Source: an uncultured Spirochaetia bacterium | GTDB lineage: Bacteria; Spirochaetota; Spirochaetia; CAZBHR01 | Direction: 5' to 3' | Length of the DNA: 64,000 nucleotides | NCBI GenBank assembly: GCA_964492025.1 | Contig: CAZBHR010000005.1 | Span: 26,305 to 90,304, forward strand | Shown: positions 52,801 through 62,869 of the stretch, in pieces | Layout of the letters: every line of letters begins with the position of its first letter | How positions within the stretch are numbered: the first letter of the stretch is position 1 | The notes under the pieces: model-generated | Database searches by the model: none | Told to the model about the DNA's origin: nothing | Seen by the model: the letters and a program-made list of their open reading frames with translations, nothing else | Position numbers and translations under genes: made by a program

Positions 52801-53412
52801 TTATGCTTCAGTTTTTGCTTCTTCCTCTGCAGGAACTTCTTCAACAACTTCGGTAGTCTCTTCAGCTGTTTCAGCTACTGCTACTTCTTCAGTTGTTTCC
52901 TCTTGTGCAGCCTCTTCAACTACTGGAGTCTCTTCCTTTGGCTCCTCTTTTACAGGAGTTTTGTGGCTAGGATCAACTACAAAGATCTGAAGATCTGCAC
53001 TCTCTTGGGCATAGAGTTTTACTTTAATAGAGTAATCTCCAGTCATTTTAATGAAGTGGTTAGGAAGCTCAATATACTTCTTCTCAACCATAATACCCTG
53101 AGCTGCTAATGCATCTGCTACCATAGCAGAGGTAACAGAACCAAAAAGTTTTCCCGTATCTCCTGCAGATACATTAATAGTAACTGGAGTTTCATTGATA
53201 CGATCTTTGAGAGATAGCGCCTCTTTTCGCTTCTCCTCTTTCCGTTTCTCAATAGCATCTCGTCGAGACTCTACAATTGCGATATATTTTTTTGTATATG
53301 GTACCGCAAAACCCTGGGGTATAAGGTAGTTTCGAGCGTAACCTCGAGCTACTTCACAAACATCACCCTCTTCTCCAAGGTTTTTTACATCTTGATTTAA
53401 TATAATTTTCAT
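52801..53412 (-). CDS. rplI: 50S ribosomal protein L9 with acidic C-terminal extension
   Basis: L9 N- and C-domains followed by a roughly 55-aa low-complexity tail rich in E, T, A and V. Confidence 0.9.
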   Translation of the reverse strand: MKIILNQDVKNLGEEGDVCEVARGYARNYLIPQGFAVPYTKKYIAIVESRRDAIEKRKEEKRKEALSLKDRINETPVTINVSAGDTGKLFGSVTSAMVADALAAQGIMVEKKYIELPNHFIKMTGDYSIKVKLYAQESADLQIFVVDPSHKTPVKEEPKEETPVVEEAAQEETTEEVAVAETAEETTEVVEEVPAEEEAKTEA

Positions 53413-53425
53413 ACATCAGGCTCCT

Positions 53426-53701
53426 TTAGTTTTTTACGAAAGGTAAATATGCAATTACTCTTGCACGCTTAATTTCAGTAGTAAGCGCTCGCTGATGTTT
53501 TGCACAGGTTCCAGTGATTCTTCGTGGTAAAATTTTTCCACGCTCAGAAATATATCGTCGTAAAGCTTCGGGATCTTTATAATCTGCAACTGCCTTATTA
53601 GCACAGAATTTACATACCTTTTTTCGTGTAAACTTTTTTACACCATCATCCTTTCGGAATGATCGCCCCTCCATAGAGGCATCGTTTGTTCTATCTTCCA
53701 T
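53426..53701 (-). CDS. rpsR: 30S ribosomal protein S18
   Basis: [41 protein letters not shown]. Confidence 0.95.
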   Translation of the reverse strand: MEDRTNDASMEGRSFRKDDGVKKFTRKKVCKFCANKAVADYKDPEALRRYISERGKILPRRITGTCAKHQRALTTEIKRARVIAYLPFVKN

Positions 53702-53733
53702 TATTTTCTCCTAATTATTCACTATTCGGTTCC

Positions 53734-54201
53734 CTAGAACGGAATGTCCTCTTCAAAGGCTTCCGGACCAGGCATTGAGTCAATTTGACTACTAACATCT
53801 TGCTGTTGGCTAAATGAGTTATTTTGCTGAGGTGCTCGCTCTGTATAGTTTGAATTTCTAGATCCACCAGAAGCGGAACCAAGAAGACCAACCTGAGTAG
53901 CTGCTACCTCAACTTTACTCCTTGTCTGACCATCCTTCTCCCATCGATCTTGTCGCAACTCTCCCATTACGGAAACTTGCTGACCTCTCGTAAGATACGG
54001 TTGAAGGGCTTCTCCTTGTCGGCCAAAAAGCACTACATCAAAATAGTTCACTTCTTCTTCCCACTGATCTCCGGTCTTTTTAATTCGATTCACAGCTATG
54101 GAGAAACGACAAATAGCCATACCTCCAGCGGTAAAACGAATTTCCGCATCCCGAACCAGTCGTCCAACAAGGCTGACAGAGTTTAAGTCTCGTCTTGCCA
54201 T
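53734..54201 (-). CDS. ssb: Single-stranded DNA-binding protein
   Basis: OB fold and the C-terminal acidic tail EEDIPF. Confidence 0.95.
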   Translation of the reverse strand: MARRDLNSVSLVGRLVRDAEIRFTAGGMAICRFSIAVNRIKKTGDQWEEEVNYFDVVLFGRQGEALQPYLTRGQQVSVMGELRQDRWEKDGQTRSKVEVAATQVGLLGSASGGSRNSNYTERAPQQNNSFSQQQDVSSQIDSMPGPEAFEEDIPF

Positions 54202-54205
54202 GATA

Positions 54206-54484
54206 TTACCCCTTCTTTACGAAGAGATACTTAAGAATGATAGTAGAGAGTCGTAGTGGTGCCTCGATTTTCTCAATAACACTTGGATCCGCCTCTAACT
54301 CATAATAGAGATAGTTACCGCTCTCTTCTTTGTTGATAGGATACGCAAGTTCTCTTACTCCCATATCCTCTTCCTTAGTGATGGTTACATTGTTACCTTT
54401 GAGCTCCTCTGCTAGCAACTCTTTTGCTTGCTTCACAACTTCAACATCTGTAGGTACAATAACCGTAAATTCGTATTTCCGCAT
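54206..54484 (-). CDS. rpsF: 30S ribosomal protein S6
   Basis: MRKYEFTVIV N-terminus, typical of S6. Confidence 0.9.
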   Translation of the reverse strand: MRKYEFTVIVPTDVEVVKQAKELLAEELKGNNVTITKEEDMGVRELAYPINKEESGNYLYYELEADPSVIEKIEAPLRLSTIILKYLFVKKG

Positions 54485-54624
54485 GTTTCCTCCTTACGGA
54501 CTTTAATATATAGATCCACATACGTGGATAAAGAGGTCTCAATAAGATATCAAAATATGACTTCTCTGTCTAGTGTTTTTGTATAGCTTCCACCCTGCTT
54601 TTTAAGGTGGAGTGTGGTCTGTAA

Positions 54625-54660
54625 TAAAAAAGGGAGAAAAGCACCTACCTTTCTCCCTGC
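54625..54660 (-). terminator. Intrinsic terminator downstream of the LemA gene
   Basis: The minus strand reads gggagaaaggtaggtgcttttctccc followed by a T7 run. Confidence 0.6.
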
Positions 54661-54670
54661 TTTGCAATCC

Positions 54671-55354
54671 TTAAAAGAAAGTTGCTCGAGCTTGTTGTTT
54701 AACTTCCTTACTAGCGGTAAAAGGAATACGTGTTGTGTAACCAGCTTTTGCTGCAACAATTTTCTTGGTAGGCCATTTGTTGATATCTGCATTCCACTTC
54801 AAAATAGTGTCGTTATACACCTCTCTTGCTGCGGTAATTTCTCTTTGCAGGTAGCTGTTTTGTTGCATAGCATCTGCTAAAGATCGATGTGCTTTTAAGT
54901 CAGGATACGACTCAACAGCTACACTAATACGACTCATAGCAGAATCAAGATTTGAGGAGATTTCACTACGCCGACTCTCAGTTACGGATCCACCACTTCT
55001 CAGTTCTGCAACTGACTTGAGTACATCTTTATCAAGGTCTATAGCTTTTTCTACAATCCCCACAGCATTTTGTAAGATCTGAACTCGCTGTTCCAAGTAG
55101 TTATCAATCTGGGAAGCGTTGTGTTGAATCTTTTGCTGAAGTCCATCAAAATAAGCTCTTGCTTTTATTTTCATGAATAAAAATACTACTCCTGGGATAA
55201 TCCCTAAGATCCAGAGAATTATCTCAAAAACTAAGGACCCAGGACCAACTTTTACAGGTAACTGTTTTTCAATAACATTGATATCTCGTCCCTTATCATT
55301 AATATGTTCAGTACTCATTTCATCTAATTGATTTGCCATAATAATTTCTCCCAA
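54671..55354 (-). CDS. LemA-family membrane protein
   Basis: Single TM segment (LVFEIILWILGIIPGVVFLF) followed by a LemA-like helical domain, in a 227-aa protein. Confidence 0.6.
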   Translation of the reverse strand: MGEIIMANQLDEMSTEHINDKGRDINVIEKQLPVKVGPGSLVFEIILWILGIIPGVVFLFMKIKARAYFDGLQQKIQHNASQIDNYLEQRVQILQNAVGIVEKAIDLDKDVLKSVAELRSGGSVTESRRSEISSNLDSAMSRISVAVESYPDLKAHRSLADAMQQNSYLQREITAAREVYNDTILKWNADINKWPTKKIVAAKAGYTTRIPFTASKEVKQQARATFF

Positions 55355-55415
55355 TATGATAATTATATTTTTATTATTTATGTCTATAACATAAATAAAT
55401 AATTCCTGCTATGTA

Positions 55416-57107
55416 TTACGCACCTTGAACAGGTGCCTGTATCTCTATTTCACTTTTCTTTGTAACCTTGTTATACTCTGTCCATCGAACAGGTACATCA
55501 TGAACTTTATTATCGTTTCCTCGTACCCTAACATACTCTGTTCTTTCTGTGGTTCTATACCCCCAAGAGTTAACAGAGACAGTATCCACATTATCTTTAC
55601 TCCTTACAAGAGATGTTTTTACAATATTTGTGGTCACTGACTCTGGTGGCATAATCTGAGCTGTGTTCATACCATTTGCCGCAACTTCATGCTGATAAAA
55701 ATTCATACAACTATCATATAAATCTTTGTAGATATACTCTTGTGTTTGTTGTTGTGTATACAGAGGTATAGCAAATATTGGGGCAAAGGTAAAAAACAGA
55801 TGTTTAAAATAAGAGTTGTGGTAACCTAAGAAATGGCTCCTCACTTCCTCATAGTTAATTCCCGTAAAATAATCGCTCTCAACGTTTAGTACGGTATCTT
55901 GTAGGTGTTTAGGATAAATATAATTTATCATTTTATGTTTATCAAAGGCAAAATCGTCACCAAAACCAACACTATTATCTTTCATCACCTTAATCATTTC
56001 CTGCTGAGCAAGAGGTGTAAATAAGAGCCTGAACTGAGATTCATGATCACGGTTTGTAGCATAAAACAAAGCATCAAACTCGTTATTACCTAAAGCAGTA
56101 AAGGTTTCACCTTTTTTGGTAGCCTTTTCTGCTAACTGTTGTAACTTTTTGCTTCTTTTATCAATAAAGCTGTCAATTTTTTTCTCGTCCAACTTATGAA
56201 CCTGAGATGGTTTTCTAGAAAATGACAAATCACCGCCAGATTCATTTGCGTAAATAAGATAAGATGCGGTTTTGTAATAAGGGCAAGGTTTTTTTACAGT
56301 GGCCACCAAGGTTTGTGAGTGATGTCTTGTTTGAGTTTTTCCATCAGCCCCCTGAGTTCTTGTAGTCCAGGTTATAGTACGAGTACCTTTATACGCTTTT
56401 ATTCCCATTGTGTGTTGTAGATAATTACGAATAAAGAAAGGATTTCCCTTAATCTCTCCAGACTGTATAAAAAGAGTAGACTGTTCGATATCCTGCTCTT
56501 GATCGGATGCGTTGAATCCAAATTTCCCTATCATGTAGTCTAATCTTTTATTATCAAAAGAACTATCAAGTTGAATAAGAGGTATCGTTTTGGAAAAGAG
56601 CTCATTGTTGTAATTTTTTTGCAATAGATCATTTAACGGTTGCATCTGTTGTTCCGCTACAGCACGTAACTCTTCTCCCTTCTCCTGTAAAACACGCTCT
56701 ATATTGTAAAGCTCTTTAAGTTTTTTACTTGCTTTATTTATTAATAGGACTGATATAAGAATAGGTATAAATAAAGTAGCAGTAACCGCTATACGTTGAT
56801 CAATATTAAAGGGAAAACTTATACTCGGTATAAGCGCACCTTTTACTATAGTGTAGATTATTACAATTGCCGATATGATTATTAGTGCTATTGAAATAAT
56901 CTTACCAGTTTTGTATTTTCTAAGGGACTTTTGATTACTACTATTTAGAGCATTATTTTCAGCAATTTTCTTACTAGTTACTCTGTTTGCTTCTATATCA
57001 ATTTCTGATTTTTTTACCAGTTCATCAAATAAACTTGTTGTATTATCGTTGTGTAGCTGCTTGTAAAGACTTTTATAAGACTCTATAGGAGAGTATATTT
57101 CCTGCAT
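55416..57107 (-). CDS. Hypothetical two-TM membrane protein with large C-terminal domain
   Basis: 563 aa. Two hydrophobic segments (IISIALIIISAIVIIYTIV and ATLFIPILISVLLI). No motif recognised. Lies immediately upstream of the LemA gene. Confidence 0.45.
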   Translation of the reverse strand: MQEIYSPIESYKSLYKQLHNDNTTSLFDELVKKSEIDIEANRVTSKKIAENNALNSSNQKSLRKYKTGKIISIALIIISAIVIIYTIVKGALIPSISFPFNIDQRIAVTATLFIPILISVLLINKASKKLKELYNIERVLQEKGEELRAVAEQQMQPLNDLLQKNYNNELFSKTIPLIQLDSSFDNKRLDYMIGKFGFNASDQEQDIEQSTLFIQSGEIKGNPFFIRNYLQHTMGIKAYKGTRTITWTTRTQGADGKTQTRHHSQTLVATVKKPCPYYKTASYLIYANESGGDLSFSRKPSQVHKLDEKKIDSFIDKRSKKLQQLAEKATKKGETFTALGNNEFDALFYATNRDHESQFRLLFTPLAQQEMIKVMKDNSVGFGDDFAFDKHKMINYIYPKHLQDTVLNVESDYFTGINYEEVRSHFLGYHNSYFKHLFFTFAPIFAIPLYTQQQTQEYIYKDLYDSCMNFYQHEVAANGMNTAQIMPPESVTTNIVKTSLVRSKDNVDTVSVNSWGYRTTERTEYVRVRGNDNKVHDVPVRWTEYNKVTKKSEIEIQAPVQGA

Positions 57108-57197
57108 AATAATAACACCTTCTTAATAAAATTTTTCAATAAAATTGAAATATGCTTGTGAAAACAATATCACGTAGTACCTAAGAAGTCAATATAT

Positions 57198-58016
57198 ATG
57201 AGTGAATATATAATCTATGTAACCAATATTTTTACCGATCTCTCCTATGAGAATCTCCCCCTAGACAATAGCCATAGGAAACCACTAAAATACCTTTCTA
57301 TGGATGCAGCATTACAAGATACACTTATCAAATACTTAAACACCCTAGCAACCCCAGAAAGACAGGATCGGATTGATCAGGTGCTCCAGGAGAGAACTCG
57401 CCACATCACTGTTGTGCTTGAGGATCTTTATCAGCCACACAATATTAGTGCGGTTATGCGAAGTTGTGAGGGTTTAGGAATTCAAGATATTCATACGATA
57501 GAGAATAAAAATAACTTTACTCGTACCCGCAAAATTGATATGGGATCACAAAAATGGTTAACCCTTCATAGGCATAAAGCATCCGATCAAAACACCGTAG
57601 CTGCCTTGCAGTCTTTAAAAGATCAGGGGTATCAACTTATTGCAACTACCCCTCCCTCAGAACGTTCTGTTGAGGTAAATGACTTTATTCCAACTCAGAA
57701 GTGTGCAATTCTTTTTGGTACAGAGCTTACAGGGTTAAGTGATGAGGCTTTTGCTATGGCCGATGTTCATATGACCATCCCTATGTATGGTTTTGTGGAG
57801 AGTTTTAATATCTCTGTTTCCTGTGCCGTTATACTTCAACAGCTTACCTCAAAGCTTAGGAATTCACCTGTACACTGGAGGCTCTCTCATGATGAAATTG
57901 AGTCTCTCAGATTCCGATGGTTACTCCAATCAGTTGCCCATGGAGATAAGATGGTAGCCCATTATATTCAGAAAACATTGGGGCTTGATCCGAAAAAGAT
58001 TTTGCCTATAAAGTAA
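57198..58016 (+). CDS. SpoU/TrmH-family tRNA 2'-O-methyltransferase
   Basis: Region similar to the TrmH N-terminus and the SpoU methylase motifs. An alternative start at ATG 57300 is possible. Confidence 0.75.
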   Translation: MSEYIIYVTNIFTDLSYENLPLDNSHRKPLKYLSMDAALQDTLIKYLNTLATPERQDRIDQVLQERTRHITVVLEDLYQPHNISAVMRSCEGLGIQDIHTIENKNNFTRTRKIDMGSQKWLTLHRHKASDQNTVAALQSLKDQGYQLIATTPPSERSVEVNDFIPTQKCAILFGTELTGLSDEAFAMADVHMTIPMYGFVESFNISVSCAVILQQLTSKLRNSPVHWRLSHDEIESLRFRWLLQSVAHGDKMVAHYIQKTLGLDPKKILPIK

Positions 58017-58090
58017 AGAGTCTTAGGTAGCTCCTCTTTTCTTGCATGTACTGCCTTGACACCTCTTCTAATACCATATAGGTTTACCCT

Positions 58091-58519
58091 ATGGAACAGG
58101 TGTATAAGGTGGGTTCACCTCAAGAAATGATTGATTTAGGGAAACGGTTTGCCAAGCAACTGGTTCAAGGGAGCGTTGTTGCTCTTAAGGGAACCTTAGC
58201 AGCGGGAAAAACAACCTTTACCAAGGGGATAGCTTTGGGTTTAGGAGTAACAGAGGATGTTACCAGTCCAACCTTTACTATCATCTCTGAATATGATGGC
58301 AATCTGCCTCTTTATCATATGGATACCTACCGATTAGGTTCGGAGGAGGAGTTTCTTTACACAGGTGGTGAAGAGCTCTTTCATCAGGATGGGGTGTCAA
58401 TTGTAGAGTGGCCAGAGATTATTGATGAGCTTCTTCCCAAAAGAACAATTCGTGTAGCTTTTGAGATTACCGACCCCACCACCCGACAAGTCACTATTAC
58501 GGGAGGAGTTGCCTTATGA
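58091..58519 (+). CDS. tsaE: tRNA t6A biosynthesis ATPase TsaE
   Basis: P-loop GTLAAGKTTFTKG in a 142-aa protein. Confidence 0.85.
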   Translation: MEQVYKVGSPQEMIDLGKRFAKQLVQGSVVALKGTLAAGKTTFTKGIALGLGVTEDVTSPTFTIISEYDGNLPLYHMDTYRLGSEEEFLYTGGEELFHQDGVSIVEWPEIIDELLPKRTIRVAFEITDPTTRQVTITGGVAL

Positions 58520-59211
58520 GCAATAAACCTTTGCAATACATATTAGCATTTGATACATCCTACCAAACTTTATCGGTTGTATTAAAAGATTGTAAAAATG
58601 ATCAGTATACCGTTACCTCTCTTGATGCGGGAAGAAAACATGGTGAGCTTCTGCTCCCAGAGGTTATTTCAATTTTAGAGAAAGCTCAAATTTCAATAAA
58701 AGATATTGATCTTATTGTGACAACCCGTGGGCCAGGATCCTTTACAGGACTTAGAATTGGTATGTCTACGGCAAAGGGGTTGTCACAGGGTGCAGGCATT
58801 CCAGTAGTGTCTATTCCTACTTTAGATTATTTCTCTTATGGACAGCTCGAGAAGTACCCTAACCTATTATCGCTTATGGATGGAAAGAAGGATCGTTTTT
58901 ACGGTACTTACTATAAAGATGGTCTTCCTGTATTTCGCCATTTTGATCTGTCACCTGAAGAGATTATTACCATGATTCCATCGGATGTTCCTGTTGGTAT
59001 TATTGGTCCCGACAGTGGACTATTTTTAGAACAGCTTCAAGAGCTCTCTCTTGGAAATAACTGTTTTGACACAGAGATATCCTATGACCCTACTTACCTA
59101 ATTACTATGGGTGAGTCTCTGTTTTATGAGATTGGTCCAGACAAACCAACTCAGGGTCCCTTATATATACGAAAAAGTCAGGCTGAAGAGGCCCTAGAGG
59201 AGAAAGTATGA
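58516..59211 (+). CDS. tsaB: tRNA t6A biosynthesis protein TsaB (YeaZ)
   Basis: Shortened Kae1/YgjD-like fold. Overlaps tsaE by 4 nt. Confidence 0.8.
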   Translation: MSNKPLQYILAFDTSYQTLSVVLKDCKNDQYTVTSLDAGRKHGELLLPEVISILEKAQISIKDIDLIVTTRGPGSFTGLRIGMSTAKGLSQGAGIPVVSIPTLDYFSYGQLEKYPNLLSLMDGKKDRFYGTYYKDGLPVFRHFDLSPEEIITMIPSDVPVGIIGPDSGLFLEQLQELSLGNNCFDTEISYDPTYLITMGESLFYEIGPDKPTQGPLYIRKSQAEEALEEKV

Positions 59212-60152
59212 AACCAGAATACGATGTTGTAGTTGTTGGAGCTGGAGTTGCGGGGTTAACCGCAGCCCAATATGCTGCCAGAGCAAATTTAAAAACCCTT
59301 GTTATTGAGTCCGTCACTCCAGGGGGACAAGCACTCATTATTGATGACCTAGAGAACTACCCTGGTCAGGTAACCCCTATAGATGGGTATAGTCTTATTG
59401 AATCTTTTCAAAAACAGGCTGAGCAATTTGGAGCAGAGATGATCATGTCTAAGGTAAAAAGTATTACTAAGAGTTATGACCTCTTTACGATTGAAACACG
59501 AAAGAGAACCGTAACTTCCTATACAGTAATCTTTGCCACAGGGGCTCAACACCGTCACCTTGGAGCTATTGGTGAAGAGGAGTTCGGTGGTCGAGGCGTA
59601 TCATACTGTGCAACCTGTGATGGGCCATTCTTTCGAGAAAAGAATATTCTTGTTGTTGGTGGTGGTGACTCTGCCTGTGATGAGGCAACTTACCTATCTA
59701 AGCTTAGTGAGAATGTTACACTCATTCACCGTCGTGATCGATTTAGAGCCCAAGCATCCCTTGCAGAACGAGTGCAGAAGAATAAAAATATTACGGTAAA
59801 GCTGAATCATGAGCTTGTAAAAATTGAGGGTGATGGCAAGGTTGAGCAAGTAACCTTATTAAACAATGAGACTGGTGAAGAGTACACAGCACCCATGGAT
59901 GGGGTGTTTATTTTTGTAGGTTCTATTCCTCAGACTGAATTACTAGATGATTTTTCAGAGATAGAGAAAGATGAGACCGGCTATATAAAAACCAATGAGT
60001 ATATGGAAAGTGCCCTGCCCGGTCTTTTTGTTGCGGGAGATGTGCGGGCTACCCCATTTAGGCAGATAGTAACTGCCGCATCGGACGGTGCTGTTGCAAG
60101 CCATGGAGCAGGACTTTATATAGACAACCTTTTAGGAAAGGCGTACCTATGA
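59208..60152 (+). CDS. trxB: Thioredoxin-disulfide reductase
   Basis: FAD motif VVVVGAGVAG, redox-active CATCDG, and NADPH motif GGGDSA. Confidence 0.9.
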   Translation: MKPEYDVVVVGAGVAGLTAAQYAARANLKTLVIESVTPGGQALIIDDLENYPGQVTPIDGYSLIESFQKQAEQFGAEMIMSKVKSITKSYDLFTIETRKRTVTSYTVIFATGAQHRHLGAIGEEEFGGRGVSYCATCDGPFFREKNILVVGGGDSACDEATYLSKLSENVTLIHRRDRFRAQASLAERVQKNKNITVKLNHELVKIEGDGKVEQVTLLNNETGEEYTAPMDGVFIFVGSIPQTELLDDFSEIEKDETGYIKTNEYMESALPGLFVAGDVRATPFRQIVTAASDGAVASHGAGLYIDNLLGKAYL

Positions 60153-61570
60153 GAATAGCTCTTATTTCAAGTGAGGTAGTACCCTTTGCTAAAACCGGAG
60201 GATTGGCAGATGTAGTCTCATCTCTAGGTATCTCTCTTAAAAAAAGAGGTCACGATGTTAGAATTTTCATGCCTAGATACCAAGCTATGAAACAAGAGTT
60301 AGAGACACTCCTAGTTCCACCCTTTTCTGTAACCGTAGGTATGGGAACTGAGAAAGTTCGTGTTATTGAGGAGCAGCTATATAAAGACCTTCCTGTCTAC
60401 ACCATAGATACACCTCAGTTTTCTCAACGATCTGGTATGTACCATGGAGATGAAGGGAGTTATAGCGATAATGCTTTTCGATTTTCCCTCTTCTCACGTG
60501 CCTCCTTAACCCTCTGTAGTAAGTTAGACTGGTTTCCTGAGGTACTACATATTCATGACTGGCAGGCTGCTCCTGTGGCTGAGTATATAAAACATACAGA
60601 TATTGCTAAGGAGTTTCATAATCCAAAGGTTGTACTTACTATTCACAACTTAGGGTATCAGGGAGTATTTCCTAAAAATGATATTCTGCTTACAGGAATG
60701 GATATTGCCAGAGTTGGATTAACAGATAAGGGAGATCTTAATTTTCTCCAAACCGCTATACTGTTAAGTGATCAGATAACTACAGTTTCCGAAAGCTATG
60801 CACAGGAGATATGTACTGAGGAACAAGGCTTTGGGTTGCATGATTTGCTAGCAGCCCGAAAGAAAGAGTTGATAGGAATTTTAAACGGTATTGATTACAC
60901 CGAATGGAATCCTTCAAAGGATCCTCACCTACCATACGCTTTTTCTGCCAGTGATTTATCAGGAAAGAAAAAGCTCAAAAAGAGTATCTGTCAGGAATTT
61001 GGATTAGATACAGATCCAGAGATTCCTCTCTTTGTTATGATAAGCCGGCTGGCAGAACAAAAAGGTTTCTCCCAACTTTTGGAAAGCGGAGCTTTAGATA
61101 AAATATTAAGTAGCAATTTGCAGCTTATCGTATTAGGTACAGGAGAGAGTCGTTACGAAAATGCATTACGAGCAGCCGGAGAGAAGTATAGTAATATGGT
61201 TACGCTTCTTACTTTTGATAATGGATTATCCCATAGACTAGAGGGAGCAGGTGATTTCTTTTTGATGCCAAGCCTCTACGAGCCATGTGGTTTAAACCAG
61301 ATATTCTCCCTCTGTTATGGAGCGGTACCTATTGTCCACGGAGTTGGAGGACTGAAGGATACGGTAATTGATCTTAAAGCGGGTGAAAAAAGTACAGGAA
61401 TAGTGATAGAGAGTGTAACGGGAGACTCCATTGTTGACGGGGTTAACCGAGCTATGGATCTTTGGAGTAAACGTAAACTGTATAACGGTGTGCAGCAACG
61501 AGGAATGGCAAAAAAGTTTAATTGGACTGGATCAACAAAAAAATATGAAAAAGTTTACCAAAAAATGTAA
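60149..61570 (+). CDS. glgA: Glycogen synthase
   Basis: KTGGLADV motif. Overlaps trxB by 4 nt. Confidence 0.9.
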   Translation: MRIALISSEVVPFAKTGGLADVVSSLGISLKKRGHDVRIFMPRYQAMKQELETLLVPPFSVTVGMGTEKVRVIEEQLYKDLPVYTIDTPQFSQRSGMYHGDEGSYSDNAFRFSLFSRASLTLCSKLDWFPEVLHIHDWQAAPVAEYIKHTDIAKEFHNPKVVLTIHNLGYQGVFPKNDILLTGMDIARVGLTDKGDLNFLQTAILLSDQITTVSESYAQEICTEEQGFGLHDLLAARKKELIGILNGIDYTEWNPSKDPHLPYAFSASDLSGKKKLKKSICQEFGLDTDPEIPLFVMISRLAEQKGFSQLLESGALDKILSSNLQLIVLGTGESRYENALRAAGEKYSNMVTLLTFDNGLSHRLEGAGDFFLMPSLYEPCGLNQIFSLCYGAVPIVHGVGGLKDTVIDLKAGEKSTGIVIESVTGDSIVDGVNRAMDLWSKRKLYNGVQQRGMAKKFNWTGSTKKYEKVYQKM

Positions 61571-61612
61571 ACCTGTGTTATAATTAGACTATTACTGTTT
61601 GGAGGAGTCTGT

Positions 61613-62869
61613 ATGGAAAATGTAATCTGTATTATTTTGGGAGGTGGAAAAGGTACACGCCTACATCCACTTACAGAGGAAAGATCGAAACCTGCGGTTC
61701 CTTTTGGGGGAAAATTTCGACTTGTAGATATTCCTATTTCAAACTGTATTAACAGTAATTTTAGGCAGATTTATGTGTTAACACAGTTTAACTCAGCATC
61801 TCTACACAACCATATTGCTCACACCTATCAGTTTGATACATTTAACAAAGGGTTTGTTGAAGTACTTGCCGCAGAACAGCGCCCCCACAGTGAGTCGTGG
61901 TATCAAGGTACTGCCGATGCAGTTCGGAAAAATTTGGTTCACTTTAGAGACCAGAATCCCGATTATTATATTATCCTCTCTGGTGACCAGCTGTATCGTA
62001 TGAACTTAAAAGAGTTTTTAGAAGAGCATATCAGTAATAATGCGGAGGTTTCAATTGCAGCAAAGCCTGTGTGTAGAACCGAGGCTACGGGGCTTGGAAT
62101 TATCCAGTCAGATGAGAGTGGTCGTGCTAAGAATTTTATAGAGAAACCCAGCCCAGACCTCGATATTAACTATTTAAAAACACCTAACCTAACTCCAGGA
62201 GAGGAGTTTCTAGCATCCATGGGTATTTACATTTTTAATGCAAAAACTATGCATGAGGTACTGGATAATGACTTTATTGATTTTGGAAAGGAGATAATCC
62301 CAGATACCATACAAGAGAGAAGTGTTCACACCTATATCTTTAATCAGTACTGGGAAGATATAGGAACAATTAAATCTTTTTACGAGTGTAACTTAAACCT
62401 TGCATCCCTTGTACCAAAGTTTAATTTTTATGATAATCGTCGCCCTATTTATACGCATAGACGAGATCTACCTCCTACAAAAATTAATCAATGTACCGTA
62501 CAGAGTTCTGTTATTTGTGAGGGTGGTATTATTGATTACGCCACCATATTAGAGTCTCTTGTTGGTATTCGGGCAATTGTGGGTCGTGGTGTGTTACTTC
62601 AAGGTGTGTATTTTATGGGAGCATCTTTCTACGAAACTGATATTGACCGAAGTGAAAATATTGCAGCGGATCAACCAAATATTGGTGTTGGGATAAATAC
62701 TAAAATATACCATGCGATTATTGATACAAACGCAAGAATTGGTGCCAACTGCAGTATTGGAGATCCAAAGGTTGATAGAGAAGATGGACACTACGAACAC
62801 TACTCTGTGGTGGATGGAATTGTTATTATTAAGAAAAACGCAATTATCCGAGACAATACGGTTATTTAG
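61613..62869 (+). CDS. glgC: Glucose-1-phosphate adenylyltransferase
   Basis: ILGGGKGTRLHPLT and the PAVPFGG motif. Confidence 0.9.
   Translation: MENVICIILGGGKGTRLHPLTEERSKPAVPFGGKFRLVDIPISNCINSNFRQIYVLTQFNSASLHNHIAHTYQFDTFNKGFVEVLAAEQRPHSESWYQGTADAVRKNLVHFRDQNPDYYIILSGDQLYRMNLKEFLEEHISNNAEVSIAAKPVCRTEATGLGIIQSDESGRAKNFIEKPSPDLDINYLKTPNLTPGEEFLASMGIYIFNAKTMHEVLDNDFIDFGKEIIPDTIQERSVHTYIFNQYWEDIGTIKSFYECNLNLASLVPKFNFYDNRRPIYTHRRDLPPTKINQCTVQSSVICEGGIIDYATILESLVGIRAIVGRGVLLQGVYFMGASFYETDIDRSENIAADQPNIGVGINTKIYHAIIDTNARIGANCSIGDPKVDREDGHYEHYSVVDGIVIIKKNAIIRDNTVI

Noticed and set aside
52718-53109. Ser/Thr/Cys-rich plus-strand ORFs of 90 and 123 aa
   Set aside because: They are antisense to the low-complexity acidic tail of rplI. 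The repetitive codons give an open frame by chance.
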